DNA from: Mantamonas sphyraenae STR306
Lineage: Eukaryota > Protista > CRuMs
Assembly (NCBI GenBank): GCA_026936335.1
Contig: JAPMXV010000030.1
Span: 372,001 to 436,000, forward strand
DNA: 64,000 bases
Direction of reading: 5' to 3'
In this document: positions 46,601-58,734 of the stretch, piece after piece
How positions within the stretch are numbered: position 1 is the stretch's first letter
Layout of the letters: each line of letters starts with the position of its first letter
Notes under the pieces: model-generated
Told to the model about the DNA's origin: nothing
The model's database searches: none
What the model saw: only the letters and a program-made list of their open reading frames with translations
Position numbers and translations under genes: made by a program

Positions 46601-49600
46601 TGGAAACGGCACACAAGACGGAGGAGTTGAATCGCATCAAGAGCATGCTGAACACGATGAAGGCGGAACGCAGCGGAGTGGCAGCGTCGCTGGCCAAAAT
46701 GGAGGAGCAGCTGGAAGAGGTGTCGTACGAACACGCAAACCTGAGCGAGGCCCGCGATGCGATGCAGGCACACGTGGTGCAGGCGCAGAGGGAGAAGGAA
46801 AACACGGAACGGGAGTTGGAAACGCTGCAGCGCACACGCAAGGAGTTGCAAGAGGCCAGGGAACGGGCAATGGGAGCGAGTGAACAGGAGGAAAGGGACA
46901 TCGACGGGTTGAAGGCACACCTGGCCGAGTTGCAACGCAGCAAGCAGGAACAGCTGCACGGCCACCGGATGACGAGCGAACAGGTGGAGGCACTGCAAGC
47001 TCAGGTGACCGAGTTGCGAGAGAGGCAACAGCAGGCAGAGATGCGTGCAGAGGTGTTGCAGGTGCAATTGAGCGACCGGGAGCGTGAGTGCAGGGCCAAG
47101 GAGAAGGAGGTGCGCCAGTTGGAACTGAACGCACAGAGTGTGGAGAAGCGCAATCGCACACTGACGGCGGCTTTGGAGGAGGCCAAGGCCACAGCCAAGG
47201 TGGTGGGTGGACAGAAGGACACCCTGGAGGCGGAGTTGGCTTCGTTGAACAACCGCAACCTGGATGTGGAGAACGAACGCAACGTGTTGCAGGTGAAGCT
47301 GCAGGAGTGTCGCTACGCCAACGAACAGCAACTGGCGGCCGCACACGCACTCAAGAGCGACCTGCACCAGGCGGAAACGTCGCTCAAGACGCTGCAGAAC
47401 GAGGTGGCAGCAGGGCAGGAGCACAGGCAAATGCTGCAGGAGGCCATTGCAGAGGCGTTGCGTGCAAGCACCAAGGTGAAAGAGGAAGAAGTGGCGCTGG
47501 AGATGCAACTCAAGGGCCAGAAGCAGGTGTTGGAAGACAGCAAGGCGGCCAAGGAGGCGTTGGGGCAAGCAACTGGACGAAACCAGCGCCCAGGTGGACG
47601 CGGTGGAGGCAGACATTGCCAACGTGCGGGCGACAATTGACGACATTCGATCGCTGATCGATTCGTTGCAAGGGGACAAGCGCACGCTGGAGGCCGAGGC
47701 GGATGGGTGGCGTGAGAAGGCCAAGACGGTGGTTGCGGAGAGGACCCAGGCGCAGGCAGACGTGGATGCGGCCAAGGAAAGGCTGGAACGTGAGAGGTCG
47801 CAGTTGGAGAGTGTGGAAGGACGCGTGGAGGGGGTGGAGGCACAGGTGGAGGAGTTGAGTGTGGCGCGACAGACGGCGCTGAACAAGCTCAACGCACTGA
47901 AGGCAGAGAAGAACAAGCTGATGCACGAAGCAGCTGAGCTGGGGGCGTCTGCAGAACGGGAGGGAGGCGAGGTGGAGGATCTGCGCGGGGAAGTGGAGCG
48001 GCTGAAGAGGAATCGGGGAGCGCTGGAACGGGATGTGGGCTACGCAAACGAACAGACGCAGGAGTTGCAAGAGGCGATTGCAGGACTGACAAGCGACCTG
48101 GCACACAGGAAGGGCAAGTTGATGGCGTTGCAGACGACGCAGCAGGAGCTGGTGCAGGAGTTGGAGGATGTGAAGGAGAAGAGTGTGGAGAGCAAGGCGG
48201 AGAGCGAACAGGTGCGGCACGAAATCAAGGCGGTGAAGCACGAAAGCATCCGAGCCGGGGCGGAATTGAAGGCGGCGCAACAGATGCTGCGCAACGAACA
48301 GGAAGATCTGAATCAGATCAAGCGCAAGCTGGAGGAGGCACAGGCAGCAACCAACGCGGCCAAGGAGCAGCAGAAGCGATTGGAAAGCGAGATTACGCAG
48401 ACGGAAGACGCACGCAGGACGTACGATCGCGAGGGGGCGTCGTTGCAACAGAAATTGGAGTCGATGGTGGCACAGCGCAGCCAGTTGCAGGTGGATTTGG
48501 GCGACCAGCAGCGTGAGCTGGAGGTGGCGAAGGAGGCGTGTGTGCGTCTGAAGCGCAACATTGACGAGGTGCGGGAACGCAACGAGGTGGCAGCAAACGA
48601 GGTGCGCATGTTGGAGAACACACTGGCACAGGTGAAGGACGAAAGCAGTCCGCTTGGCATCCATCGTGCGAACCTGGACTCGCAGATTGACAAGGCACGT
48701 GCGGAATTGCGTGGGATGCAGGAGGAGTTGCGTCACAGGGAGAGCGAACTGAGCGAGGTGCAGGCGAGCCAGGAGCAATGCCGCCGTGAAATCAGCGCAT
48801 GCCAGAGCAAGGTGCAGGAGGAGCGGCACGAACAGAGTGTGTTGGCACAGAACGTGAACGCGGAACGCAGCAAGGTGGCGGGCCTGGAGAAGGAGACGGA
48901 GGGGAGCCGGAACGAACTGCGCCGTGCCACGGAGCGAGTGGATGCACTGTCACGTGAGCTGGACGCGTTGGACGAGCGTGTGATGTCTGCAGGGCAGAAG
49001 CGACGCAACCTGGAGTATGAATTGTCGCGAAAGAGTGGCGAGGAGGAGGAGTTGGAGAGTGAGACACGGACGCTGGAAAGCAAGATTGGACCGGTGCGTG
49101 CACGTGTGGCGGAACTGAAGATGGCACGTGAAAAAGCACAGGACGAACTGCGGAGCCTGGAGAACGAGGCATTCCAGGTGGAACGCAAGCACAAGGAGCT
49201 GCAGGGAAGGCTGGAAATGACACGGGAGCAGGTGAAGGCACGTGCGGCGGCGCAGCTGCGTGAGGAGCAGGAGAGGCAGCTTGCGTTTGAGAGTGCGATT
49301 GAGAGCGAGCAGCCGGAGTTGCAGGAAGCCAGGCGCAGCAACAAAGTGTTGGAAAGCAAGTTGGCAGAGGTGCGTGGGGAGATTGAGCGTGAGCAGCGTC
49401 GGGGCAAGGAGCTGGAAGGGAAGCAGGAGGAGGCGTTGGCGGAGCTGAAGCGCATGGAGTTGGAACAGTACGAGGTGAGGAACAACGTGGTGTGTCTGGA
49501 GAGTGAAATCGAAAAGCTGAAGAGTGAACAGCGGTCGGTGGAGGCAGCGCGTGAGAGCGAACAGCGTGGGGCCGACGACGAGAAACGTCGGGTGGACCAG

Positions 49601-50773
49601 TGTCGCAAGGAGTTGCGTCGTGCGCAGGAAGAGAAGCGTGCGGCGGAGCAGGACGCATACGAGTTGCGTGAGGAGATCAAGAGTGTGCAGGAGCTGATGG
49701 GGATCCAGGAACAGGAGATGGCCAAGGCGAGGACCACGCTGCGGGGGGTGCAGAAGCAAAAGGCAGAGGTGGAGCAGCAGACGACGCTGTTGGAACAGGA
49801 GATCCAACACGAGCAGCAGCAGTTGCAGAGGTTGGAAGGAAGGTACGCGGACGACCTGATGCGCAAGCAGAGTGTGAAGGATGCCATCACACGGATGCAG
49901 GGTACGCTGGCGAATGAGAAGTTGGCGGTGGAGGCGTCGATGCGGGAGCAGTCGCGCATTGCCGGGGAAGTGGAAGGGATCCGACGGGAAAAGAGGGAGC
50001 TGCAGGAGGAGGTGAAGAGGATGGAGGTGGAGTTGGAAGGGGAACGGGAGAGCAGGATGCAGATGGCGGTGTCCAAGGCGAAGCGGGAGGTGCAGATGCA
50101 AGGGCTGAAGGCAGACGAGGTGGTGCTGGAGGGAGGGGCGGTGGGGTTGGTGGGAAGCACAGCGGCAGCAGCAAGTGGACGAGGACAGCAGCAACAGCAG
50201 CAGCAGCAGCAGCAGGGAGAAGAGGCAGGGTGGGAAGAGGCGCGTGGACAGGTGGAAATGGCAAAGAGCAGACTGGACAGCATCCTGAGCAAGTTGAAGC
50301 CAAAGATGCAGCAACGGTTGGAGATGGTGAACGAGAGCGTGGGCAACGTGTCGCTGATGCAGGCCAACGAACGCTCGCTGAGCATGAGCATGTATGGCCA
50401 TGGCAGCAGCGGGTATGGCAGTGCGTACGGGGCTGGTGGTGGGACTGGTGGGGCTGGTGGGGCTGGTGGTGGGTATGGCACCGAAAGCGTTGCCTCGGAC
50501 CATTCGCTGTCACTCAGCGAAGCCAGTGGGATGAGCAACCGAAGCATGCGCAGTCCAAGTTCAGAGACATTGGGTGCGTCGCATGGGGCTCGCATGCGGT
50601 TGAGTCAGCTGCAGAGCGAACGTCGTGCGGGAGCAGCGGTGTCGCAGGCGGAGGAGGAGCAGGCACGCACACACGAGCAGAGTAGGCAGGAGCAGGAATT
50701 GGACAGGGCCAAGGAGGACCTGTTGGCAGCAAGGAGTCAAGTCAACACATTGTTGGGCATCCTGGAGGGGTGA
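43539..50773 (+). CDS. RCC1-repeat propeller followed by a very long coiled coil; introns 43576-43672, 43835-43976, 44044-44124, 44217-44341; frame break near 47563
   Basis: GRGSHGELG, VAAGPYHCAAIT, VACGFSHTVAVT, VYTWGKGLAGRLGHGD; E/Q/K/L heptad-rich from about 45900 to 50100. Confidence 0.82.
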
Positions 50774-50872
50774 GCATGGGGGAGGGAAGTGGGAAGCGGT
50801 GGAGGAGACAAGTGAAGAGACGGTTGCTGGTCTGGTCATTCGTGTGGTTCTTGTGTTTGGAAAGGGGATTCA

Positions 50873-50903
<31 letters not shown>

Positions 50904-50904
50904 A

Positions 50905-51369
50905 ATGTGGAAGCTGGCCATTGTGTTTGCACTGGGGTATGCCATGTCGCACTTTCATCTCGCCGGGCAACTGCACGACTGGCTGACGGACGAACCACTG
51001 CTGATGCACAACCGACGCACTCTGTTGATGGCAGGCGTGGGTATGACCAGCATCTTTGTGCTGTGTATCTGGTGGCCGTTGCAGCGGATAGCAGCGTACG
51101 AACGGCGCCACCAACCCGCAGCGTGCCTGGTACACGTCGGCCAAGGAGCATCTGAGGCGGAGAGGGTCGTTCTAACAGGAAACAACCGTGGCCAATGGTC
51201 CAATGCAGCAAAGAAAGAAGAGAGAGAGTGTGTACAGATGCGCATGGGGGACAAGAAACGGGCACAAATGGAGATGCAGAGGGCAGCACAGCACAGCGTT
51301 TCAATCCATTTTCTTTGCCTTCTTGCCCTTGGGAGTGGCCTTCTTGGTGGTGGCGGAGGTCTTGGATGA
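50905..51369 (+). CDS. Possible small 2-TM protein; 3' end uncertain (overlaps the convergent gene unless a frame break ends it at 51155)
   Basis: MWKLAIVFALGYAM...AGVGMTSIFVLCIWWP hydrophobic segments in an otherwise empty slot. Confidence 0.4.
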   Translation: MWKLAIVFALGYAMSHFHLAGQLHDWLTDEPLLMHNRRTLLMAGVGMTSIFVLCIWWPLQRIAAYERRHQPAACLVHVGQGASEAERVVLTGNNRGQWSNAAKKEERECVQMRMGDKKRAQMEMQRAAQHSVSIHFLCLLALGSGLLGGGGGLG

Positions 51370-52044
51370 GGAGCTGTCCTTGGCGGTGGCCTTGCCCTTC
51401 TTGCCAGCGGCAGGAGGGGCGGAGGAGAGCGGGCTGGCGAGACGGAAGGCCAGGAGTTGGACGATGCCGGCAAAGAGGGTGCATCCGGCAATGAAGAGGA
51501 AGAGGTTGGTAAAGTCGTTGCCCTTGGACAGCTGCTCCAAGAGCGGGTAGGGGAAGAGGCCGTCACGTTCCTTGACGACAAAGATGTTGAGGGTGTAGGT
51601 GAGGATGGTGAAGATGAGCAGGAGGAAGTTGAGGAGACGTGAATGTTGGTAGTGGCGAGTGAAGGCCAGGTCGAGCCAAGTGACAATGGCCACACCGCCG
51701 TGTTGGCATACGTTGATCCACATGGGGTAGGCACCGGTGGCGACAAGGTCGGGAGGGATGACGAGTTTGGTGTCGTAGAAAAACAGACTCCAGAAGAGGA
51801 TACCCACGATGGAGGTGAGGGAAAACACGACACTGTACACACTCTCCACAAACGGGGCTGTGCGAAGGTCCGGCGTCAGCAGACCCAGGAAGAAGTAGAC
51901 GGAGACGGAGACGTTTGCCCAGAAGGTGAGGAAGTTGAACTGCTCCAGGCCCTTCTTGGGCAGGTCGAGCTGCATGACGCAGTAGACGACGTAGGTGTTG
52001 GCCAGCAGGACGACAAGGTTGTACACTTTGGAAAGGGTGGACAT
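51301..52044 (-). CDS. FAR-17a/AIG1/ADTRP family membrane hydrolase
   Basis: FNFLTFW (catalytic Thr), VGILFWSLF.YD..LV.P, NVCQH (catalytic His), FPYPLL, C-terminal KKMD. Confidence 0.88.
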   Translation of the reverse strand: MSTLSKVYNLVVLLANTYVVYCVMQLDLPKKGLEQFNFLTFWANVSVSVYFFLGLLTPDLRTAPFVESVYSVVFSLTSIVGILFWSLFFYDTKLVIPPDLVATGAYPMWINVCQHGGVAIVTWLDLAFTRHYQHSRLLNFLLLIFTILTYTLNIFVVKERDGLFPYPLLEQLSKGNDFTNLFLFIAGCTLFAGIVQLLAFRLASPLSSAPPAAGKKGKATAKDSSSSKTSATTKKATPKGKKAKKMD

Positions 52045-52130
52045 GATTTGGAGGGTGTTGTGGGTGGTCGAGAGGGCGCACGAGGAAGAAAGACAGAGAG
52101 TGAGAGAGAAAGGGGGGAAAGAGGATTCAT

Positions 52131-53592
52131 TCATTCGGCCAGGTTGTCGGTGTGATAGTGGTCGGGATACTTCTCCATGTGAGCGAGCAGCTGTGCACGT
52201 TGCTCCTGCAGATGGACAGGAATGTCGTGATAGACATCCTCAAAGAGGGAGCGGAGGGGCGGCAACTTCTTGTTCTCACACTTCTCCAGGGTTGCAAGGA
52301 CCTCCTTGCGCAACCCATCCCGCAACTCCTCATCCTGTTCGGGAGACCACCATTGACGATCGTGGAGATAGCGACCCAGACGGGTGATGGGCGACCCGTC
52401 GGTGATCCAATACTCGGCCTCACTCTTGGTGCGGTAGCGACTGGCATCGTCGCTGGTGCTGTGATGTCCACCACGATACGTCATGGCCTCAATCAACGTG
52501 GGTCGGTTCTCCTCCACCGCCAGTCGGCGTGCCTCCTTGGTGGCGTTGTACACCGCCCACACGTCGTTGCCGTCCACTCGAATAGAGTGCACCCCGTAGC
52601 CATACCCTCGGCTGGCAATGCCGTCACCACGGTACTGCTCCGTGGACGGTGTGGAAATGGCATAGCCGTTGTTGCGGCAGAAAAAGATGGTGCGTGCGCC
52701 CACTGTGGCGGCAAAGTTCAGGGCGGCATGGAAGTCGCCCTCGCTGGCTGCGCCCTCTCCAAAGTAGCACATGCATGCGGCATCCCCTCCCTCCAGGCGC
52801 TTGGCATACCCAGCACCTGCTGCCTGGGGCAGCTGCGTCGCCAGGGGCGAGGAGATGGTCTGGAAGTTGAGATCCTTGGAGCCGTAGTGAACGGGCATCT
52901 GACGGCCACGCGTGCTGAAATCATCCACCGTGCCCATGCACTGGTCCATGAAATTTTCCAGTGTGAAGCCGCGGTACATCAGCACTCCGGTCTCTCGGTA
53001 CTGGCCGTACACGACATCGTCCAGAGTCAGTGCACTTGCGCTGTGGGACGGGGCGAGGGAGCGTGGGTTCGTCAGTCTCGGGTGGGAGAGGGGAAAATCT
53101 CGCAAAAGGGTCCGGTGGGGTTTTTGGAGGGGTTTGTGGTTGGATAGGCTGCTGTGATGAGGATGAACGACATGGGAACACATACCTGCCCATGTGGGTG
53201 GCTTCCTCGCCAAAGGAGGTCATGTAGAAGGAGATGCGTCCCTGGCGCTGGGCCTCGTAGAGGATGTTGTCCATGGTGTTGAGCTTGACCATGTTGTGGT
53301 AGAGCTTGAGAGCCTGGTCCTGGCCCACCTGGGGGTCGTCCTTCTCGTTGACGATCTCACCCTTCTCGTTCATGACACGGTAGGTTGGGATGAGGTCTGT
53401 GGCGTTGCTGAAGCGCATTTCCGTGGTGAAGGGCGTCTGAGCACCGGGGTACTCGCTCACCTCCACATCCTTGCTCTTCTTGCTGCTGGCTGCGTCGGGA
53501 CTGGTGCTCACAGAGCGGCGGAGCACTGCATTTGCTGCCACAGCCACACTCTGGCTGCCGGGGGTGCTCGTACGTGCAACTCGGGCAAACAT
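52131..53592 (-). CDS. BCKDHA: Branched-chain 2-oxoacid dehydrogenase E1 alpha; intron 53185-53041
   Basis: QRQGRISFYMTSFGEEA, GRQMPVHYG, FGEGAASEGDFHA, NNGYAIST, GHHSTSDD. Confidence 0.96.
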
Positions 53593-53754
53593 CGGGATCT
53601 TTCGGTTGATGGGGTGGCTGGGCCAGCGCAGCAACATGCATGCGCCTCCAATGGGTGATGAGAAAGAGGGGGAAAGGGAGGAGGATGGTGCAAGGTGGAT
53701 GGAAGGGAAACAGTGCGACGCAAGAGGCATTGGAATCCAAACCGCAAGAGCAAC

Positions 53755-55018
53755 ATGTCGTTCACGGCCGAGGAATACGAAATTGACCAGCAGAAGCGCA
53801 AGTCGATGTGGCGCAACTTTGTGGCAGGCACCGTGGGTGGCATGTCACTGGTGCTGGTAGGTGGTGGTGGGTGATGGTGGTGGTGGTGGTGGTGGTACAC
53901 ACAGTGCACTGAGGAGACACTGACACATACATGCACACATGCAAATCTGATCATAGGTGGGCCATCCGCTGGACACCATCAAGGTGCGCCTGCAGACAAT
54001 GGGCACGGTGAACGGCAAGCCGCAGTACGCCGGGATGATCGACTGCGCCAAGCAGACAATTGCCAGGGAGGGACCCCTGGGTCTGTACAAGGGCGTGGGT
54101 CCGCCACTGGCCGGTGTGGGCTTCCTCTACGCCGTTGTGTTTGCTGGCTACGGTGTGGGCAAGCAGATGGTTGCGGTAGGTTGTGTGGAAGAGGCGTGGA
54201 AAGGATTTGCCGGTACACGTGTGGTGCGAGGGCTGACACGCGCCTTTTCACTTTCGGGGTTGATCCCCCACTGACCCCATGCATGCATGCACGTGGATAA
54301 TCACAGGAGGAGGGCCAGAGCGAGGACACCTTCTCTGCCCTGCAGTTCTGGAACGCAGGGTGCGTGTCCGGTGTGTTTACGACGGTGAGTTTTTGCCGGG
54401 AATCGTGTGTGCGATTGCCCTCCGAAAAAAGCGAAAAGCGAGCCGTGGGGCCGAGTGGCACGCCTCTGACACGTTGGGACGGCGATTGGATGGCCACCGC
54501 GTTCACAGGCAATGATGGTGCCGATGGAGCAGATCAAGATCCGCATGCAGGTGGACACCACGGGCCGATACAAGAGCGCCGTGGACTGCTTCAAGCAGAT
54601 CCTGGCTGAGGGCGGCCTGCGTTCGGCGTACCGAGGAGCCAGCCTGACACTGTGGCGTGATGTTCCTGGTTCGGGCGCCTACTTTGCTGCCTATGAGATG
54701 ATGCGTCGTTCCATGGTGCCCGAGGGTGGCACGCTGAACGACCTGGGCCCTGCGCAGTTGCTGCTGGCAGGCGGCACGGCGGGCATCTGCAACTGGCTGA
54801 TTGCCCTGCCCGCAGACACTCTCAAGAGCCGTTACCAAACGGCCGAGCCTGGCACCTACAAGAACAGCCTGGACTGTCTGAAGCAGCTGGTCAAGAACGA
54901 CGGTGCAGGCGCCCTCTTCCGCGGCTTCACTCCCATCATGGTGCGTGCCTTCCCGGCCAACGCTGCCACCTTCTTTGGCTTTGAGATGGCCTTCCGCTTC
55001 CTCAACTGGGCTGTGTGA
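53755..55018 (+). CDS. SLC25A20: Mitochondrial carrier, carnitine/acylcarnitine type; exons 53755-53856, 53957-54175, 54307-54384, 54509-55018
   Basis: GHPLDTIKVRLQ, PMEQIK, RDVPGSGAYF, PADTLKSR, RAFPANAATF.GFE. Confidence 0.88.
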
Positions 55019-55070
55019 TGAGCGATGATGATAATGAGACAGAAATGGACACATGTGGCCACATGAGTTG

Positions 55071-56683
55071 TTATTGGTGGAGATTCCTGACAAGCAGGTT
55101 GACCAAGCTGCCTGCCACTGCATCTGCGGTGGAGGCGGTGGCAGTGGCTGCCGTGCTGTCGCTGCTACTGCTGCTGCTTGTGGTGGTGGGGTCTGTTGTG
55201 TCTGTAGAGGCCGAGGTGGCTGGGGTGTGTCTTTGGTCCCCTTGCCGCTGACGGGTGCAAGGAGCTGTCGAACCGAACTGACGTAGAACCACATGAACGC
55301 AATGACAAGGAGGATGACAAAGACGGACATGCACAGGCGGCGCTTGTTGACCTTGCGCCTGCGGTTCTTGTGCTTGAGCGGTGTCTTCTTGGTGCTTGTG
55401 GGCAAGGTTGCGTCGGCAGAGTTTCCGCCTGACGACGACGAAATGCCCAACAGATTCAGGAATCCCTTTCCCGGCGTTGTGTTGTGGTTGTGCTGCTTCT
55501 TTGTGCCATACTTGTCCTCGTCATCGTCGTCCGAGAGGTTCAACACGCTCACGCCTGCATCTGTCTTGCGTGCTGCCAGTGATGCGCCATATGCCCCACT
55601 GGTGCTTCCTGTGGCAGCTGTCTTGTTACTGCTGCTGCTGCTGCTGCTCCTCCTCCTCCTCCTCCTCCGCTGCTTCCCGTGCTCGACGTGCTCCCGCTTG
55701 TATCCAACACACCGTTTGCTCCTGCCGTGCCTCTCCTCGACGGTGTGGACCCAGATGTGGGCGAGGTGAGCATGGAGGGAGAGCCCATGGTGTGTGTGTG
55801 TGACTCTGTGGCGCTCAGACTGAGGTTGCTGAGGCGCTGGGTCCACGGCGCATCTTGCAGCGTGTCGCGGATGTGATTGGCCAGCGGGGAATTGACGTCG
55901 TTGGGTGGGATGATGGGTTGCTGTTGTGGGTAACAAAGGCCAAAAGTGGATGGAATGTCAGCGGATGGTAAGCAACAGGGCAAAGCCAACACCCCCATCT
56001 GACAAAAACGTACGCTGTTGCACTTGGGACACACGTAACCCGCGGCTGCAGTGTTCTCTGGCAATGACATGGCGTACTTTTCCAGGCAGGCCGGATGAAA
56101 GGTGTCTGTGGCCGGATGGGCAGGCAAGGCGGGGGGCAAGGAAAGAGGCGGCGGCGGCGTGTCAGTTTCATTCGCCCCGAAACGGCGGTGTGAGAGGAGC
56201 AGCGCGCAGGGCCAGTGCGACGTACCCAGGCACAGCAGACGCAGGACGTCGTCGGGAGAGTTGAAGGTGCCGCCGCAGTAGCCGCACTGGGGCGTTTGGG
56301 CTGTGTTGTCTGTGAGCCACTCGATGTAGGTGCGCACATAGCACTGTGCGGGCAGCGGAAAACGACGTCAGCAGCACGTTGTTGGGAGAGGTGAGAAGGC
56401 GCCAGCAGACAGCCACCGAGACACGGAAGGGGCACAGAGAGGGTGGAGAGTGGAGCAAGACAGGCGTGGACATACCCCTTTGTGGTCTCCGCTGACCAGA
56501 CACTCTTCACAGACGTGTAGGTCGTGCTCGAAGCACCGCATGGACGACTTTTTCCGGTGTGCGCTGCAGAGAGGCCTGTGGAAGAGAGACGAGCACAACA
56601 GAAGGGGGGAGAAGGAAGTGTCAGGACACACAGCAGCGCATGGGGGCAGAAACCGGTGAATGGCAACCGCCGACAACGAACAT
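55071..56683 (-). CDS. ZFPL1: Zinc finger protein-like 1 (Golgi); exons 56683-56682 (AT), 56575-56476, 56343-56226, 56105-56014, 55920-55071; frame breaks near 55648 and 55230
   Basis: CFEH..HVCEECLV..H..CYV.TY.EWL.D, RLLCLDTFH.ACL...LPENTAAAGYVCPKC, DDEDKY, C-terminal TM. Confidence 0.87.
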
Positions 56684-56743
56684 GGTGAGTGGAAAAAGGG
56701 ATGGTGGGACGGGTGCAGCTTTTCATTTGCCCATGGTTCAAGA

Positions 56744-57883
56744 TCACCAGTTCTTGCCAATGGAAAAGTTGTACTGGAACTCAAGATGCACGGTGCCATC
56801 GTCATCGATGAACTGTGGTGGGGCGGCGGCGGTGCAAAAGGGGAGAGAGTGAGCACACACACACAGACAACAGGGAATTCGGGGTGGCTACGTGGCTTTG
56901 CACACACGTGGGGGGCGTTCAACACATGGGCATGTCAAACACTGTGTGTCACCTACCTTGCTCTTGGCAGTGTACTGGCCACGAGCCAGCATGCCCGACG
57001 GCGCGGTCTCCACGGGCGTCTTGTACTCGTAGGGCTCGGCGGCAGGGCCGTAGGAACCGAGCATGGTGTCTCCCTTGTCCACTGTAACCAGGCACGGGGA
57101 TGCACAAGGAATGGGGGGTTCCATGGGGTGTAAGCATGCGGTGTGGCGGGCTGTGTGTGCATGGCGAGTGGGGATGAAACCAAAGATGTGTGTGCGGGGA
57201 TTCCCCTCTCACCGCTGCGTGGCCAACGAGCACACATCATGGATGGGGATAGGCAGACACACATACCTCGGATGCCCTTCTTGTACACCAGGTTGACGTA
57301 GTGGAGACCAGAGACGATCTCGTGCTGAACACGGAACTTGAACTGGATCTGGTAGTCGGCCTTCTCCTTGATGGTGAACGGGTTCTCCGTCAGGAACTGG
57401 AGCCCCTCGTCCGTGGACAGGTCGTACTCAATCGGGTCGATGTCCTCCGACAGCAGCGTCATGGTCTCGACAACCACCTGGCGCGGGTCGTCCGTGGACT
57501 CTGTTGTGTATGGGCCGCACAAAAGTCGCCGGGACTGTGTGTCAGCTCAGGCAGCGCCGGCGAGAGGGAAATCTGCCGCGCGAGCTTCCGCCGCCCTTTC
57601 TCACGGTTCCCCAGGCCTCCCTGTGCCACTGCATGCACACGCGCATGTGACAAGGGCCATGCACAAGGGCCATCCCTATCCCTGGACTCGACAGTGGAGA
57701 CTCACCCTCGGCACCTGCCAGCAGCTGGGCCTTCCACTTGTTCAGCGACTCGTCGTCTTTGTCCAGCTCCAGCAGCGTGTCCTTGTCCACCTTCTCGGCC
57801 ACCTTGTAACCAGGCGTCTGCTCGGGCAGTTCATCGTCCACCTCTGTGTTTCCATTGGAGCTTCCTCCGTCGGTCGTGGACAT
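56744..57883 (-). CDS. Rho GDP-dissociation inhibitor; exons 57883-57706, 57500-57267, 57081-56957, 56812-56744
   Basis: [57 protein letters not shown]. Confidence 0.94.
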
Positions 57884-58471
57884 GGTTGAGTCAGAAGTTT
57901 TCGGTGGCTTGCGCCGCGTCTTCCAGCACGAAACTGTAGGTTCGGAGAGTGTGGGCAGAGGTCCACGCACAAGGCCATGTGTTTGTGATCAGACGGTGCA
58001 GTGTGATCCTTGTGTCTGTGTCTGTGGCTGTGGCTGTGGCTGTGGCTGTGCGTGCGCCGTTGGAAGAGGTTCCCTGGCGCCACATGTGCCGTCGCTGGTT
58101 CGTCCTTTGGCACGTCTTGACGACCTCGGCGAGGGCAGAGAAGGCAGCATGCATGCACCTGTGCGTGGATTGGTGTACAAAGTGTGTGCTCGTGTGTTGG
58201 TTTCGTTGTATATCGGCCCACACGAGCGCTCGTGGCCGCAGAGAACAAGCGAGGAAATTCCCTCCAGCGAGTTCCACGCGATGCACGCAAGCCACAGCCA
58301 TACGGCCAGAAGCCACATACACACAGACACGGACACCAGCAGACAGAAGCATGCACAGAGAGGGAGGGAGGGAGAAAGAGAGATGTGTGGTACACACACA
58401 CTCCACACACACAGGGGACACTAACACAGAACCGCCCCCCCACCGGCGGGTCCCTCCTGCAGAAATCAACA

Positions 58472-58699
58472 ATGGGCAAGAGCTTCTTCCTGCGAGTTCC
58501 CAACAAGATTGTGACCACCGCTCTGGCGCCGCTGGAGCATGCTCCGACCAAGGGTGTGGTGGGCAAGTACATGGGCAATGCCCCGCGCAAGCTGACGGAC
58601 AACGCTCTGGATGTGTCCTTTGGTCTGCTGGTGGGCGTCGGCACCTACACGTATGCCAACAACAAGTATGCCCAGCTGGAGTATGAGCACCGTTTCTGA
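58472..58699 (+). CDS. QCR8: Cytochrome bc1 complex subunit 8 (resembles plant-type QCR8)
   Basis: 75 aa, MGK...TTALAPLE...GTYTYA...LEYEHRF; upstream CTAAC...CTGCAG suggests a 5'UTR intron. Confidence 0.72.
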   Translation: MGKSFFLRVPNKIVTTALAPLEHAPTKGVVGKYMGNAPRKLTDNALDVSFGLLVGVGTYTYANNKYAQLEYEHRF

Positions 58700-58734
58700 G
58701 CTTGGATGGCATGTCACTCAATCAATCAAACCAA

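Noticed and set aside
54503-55070. ZFPL1 ORF overlapping the carrier's last exon in antisense
   Set aside because: A 1-nt correction near 55230 gives a natural S/T-rich tail ending at 55071 and removes the overlap
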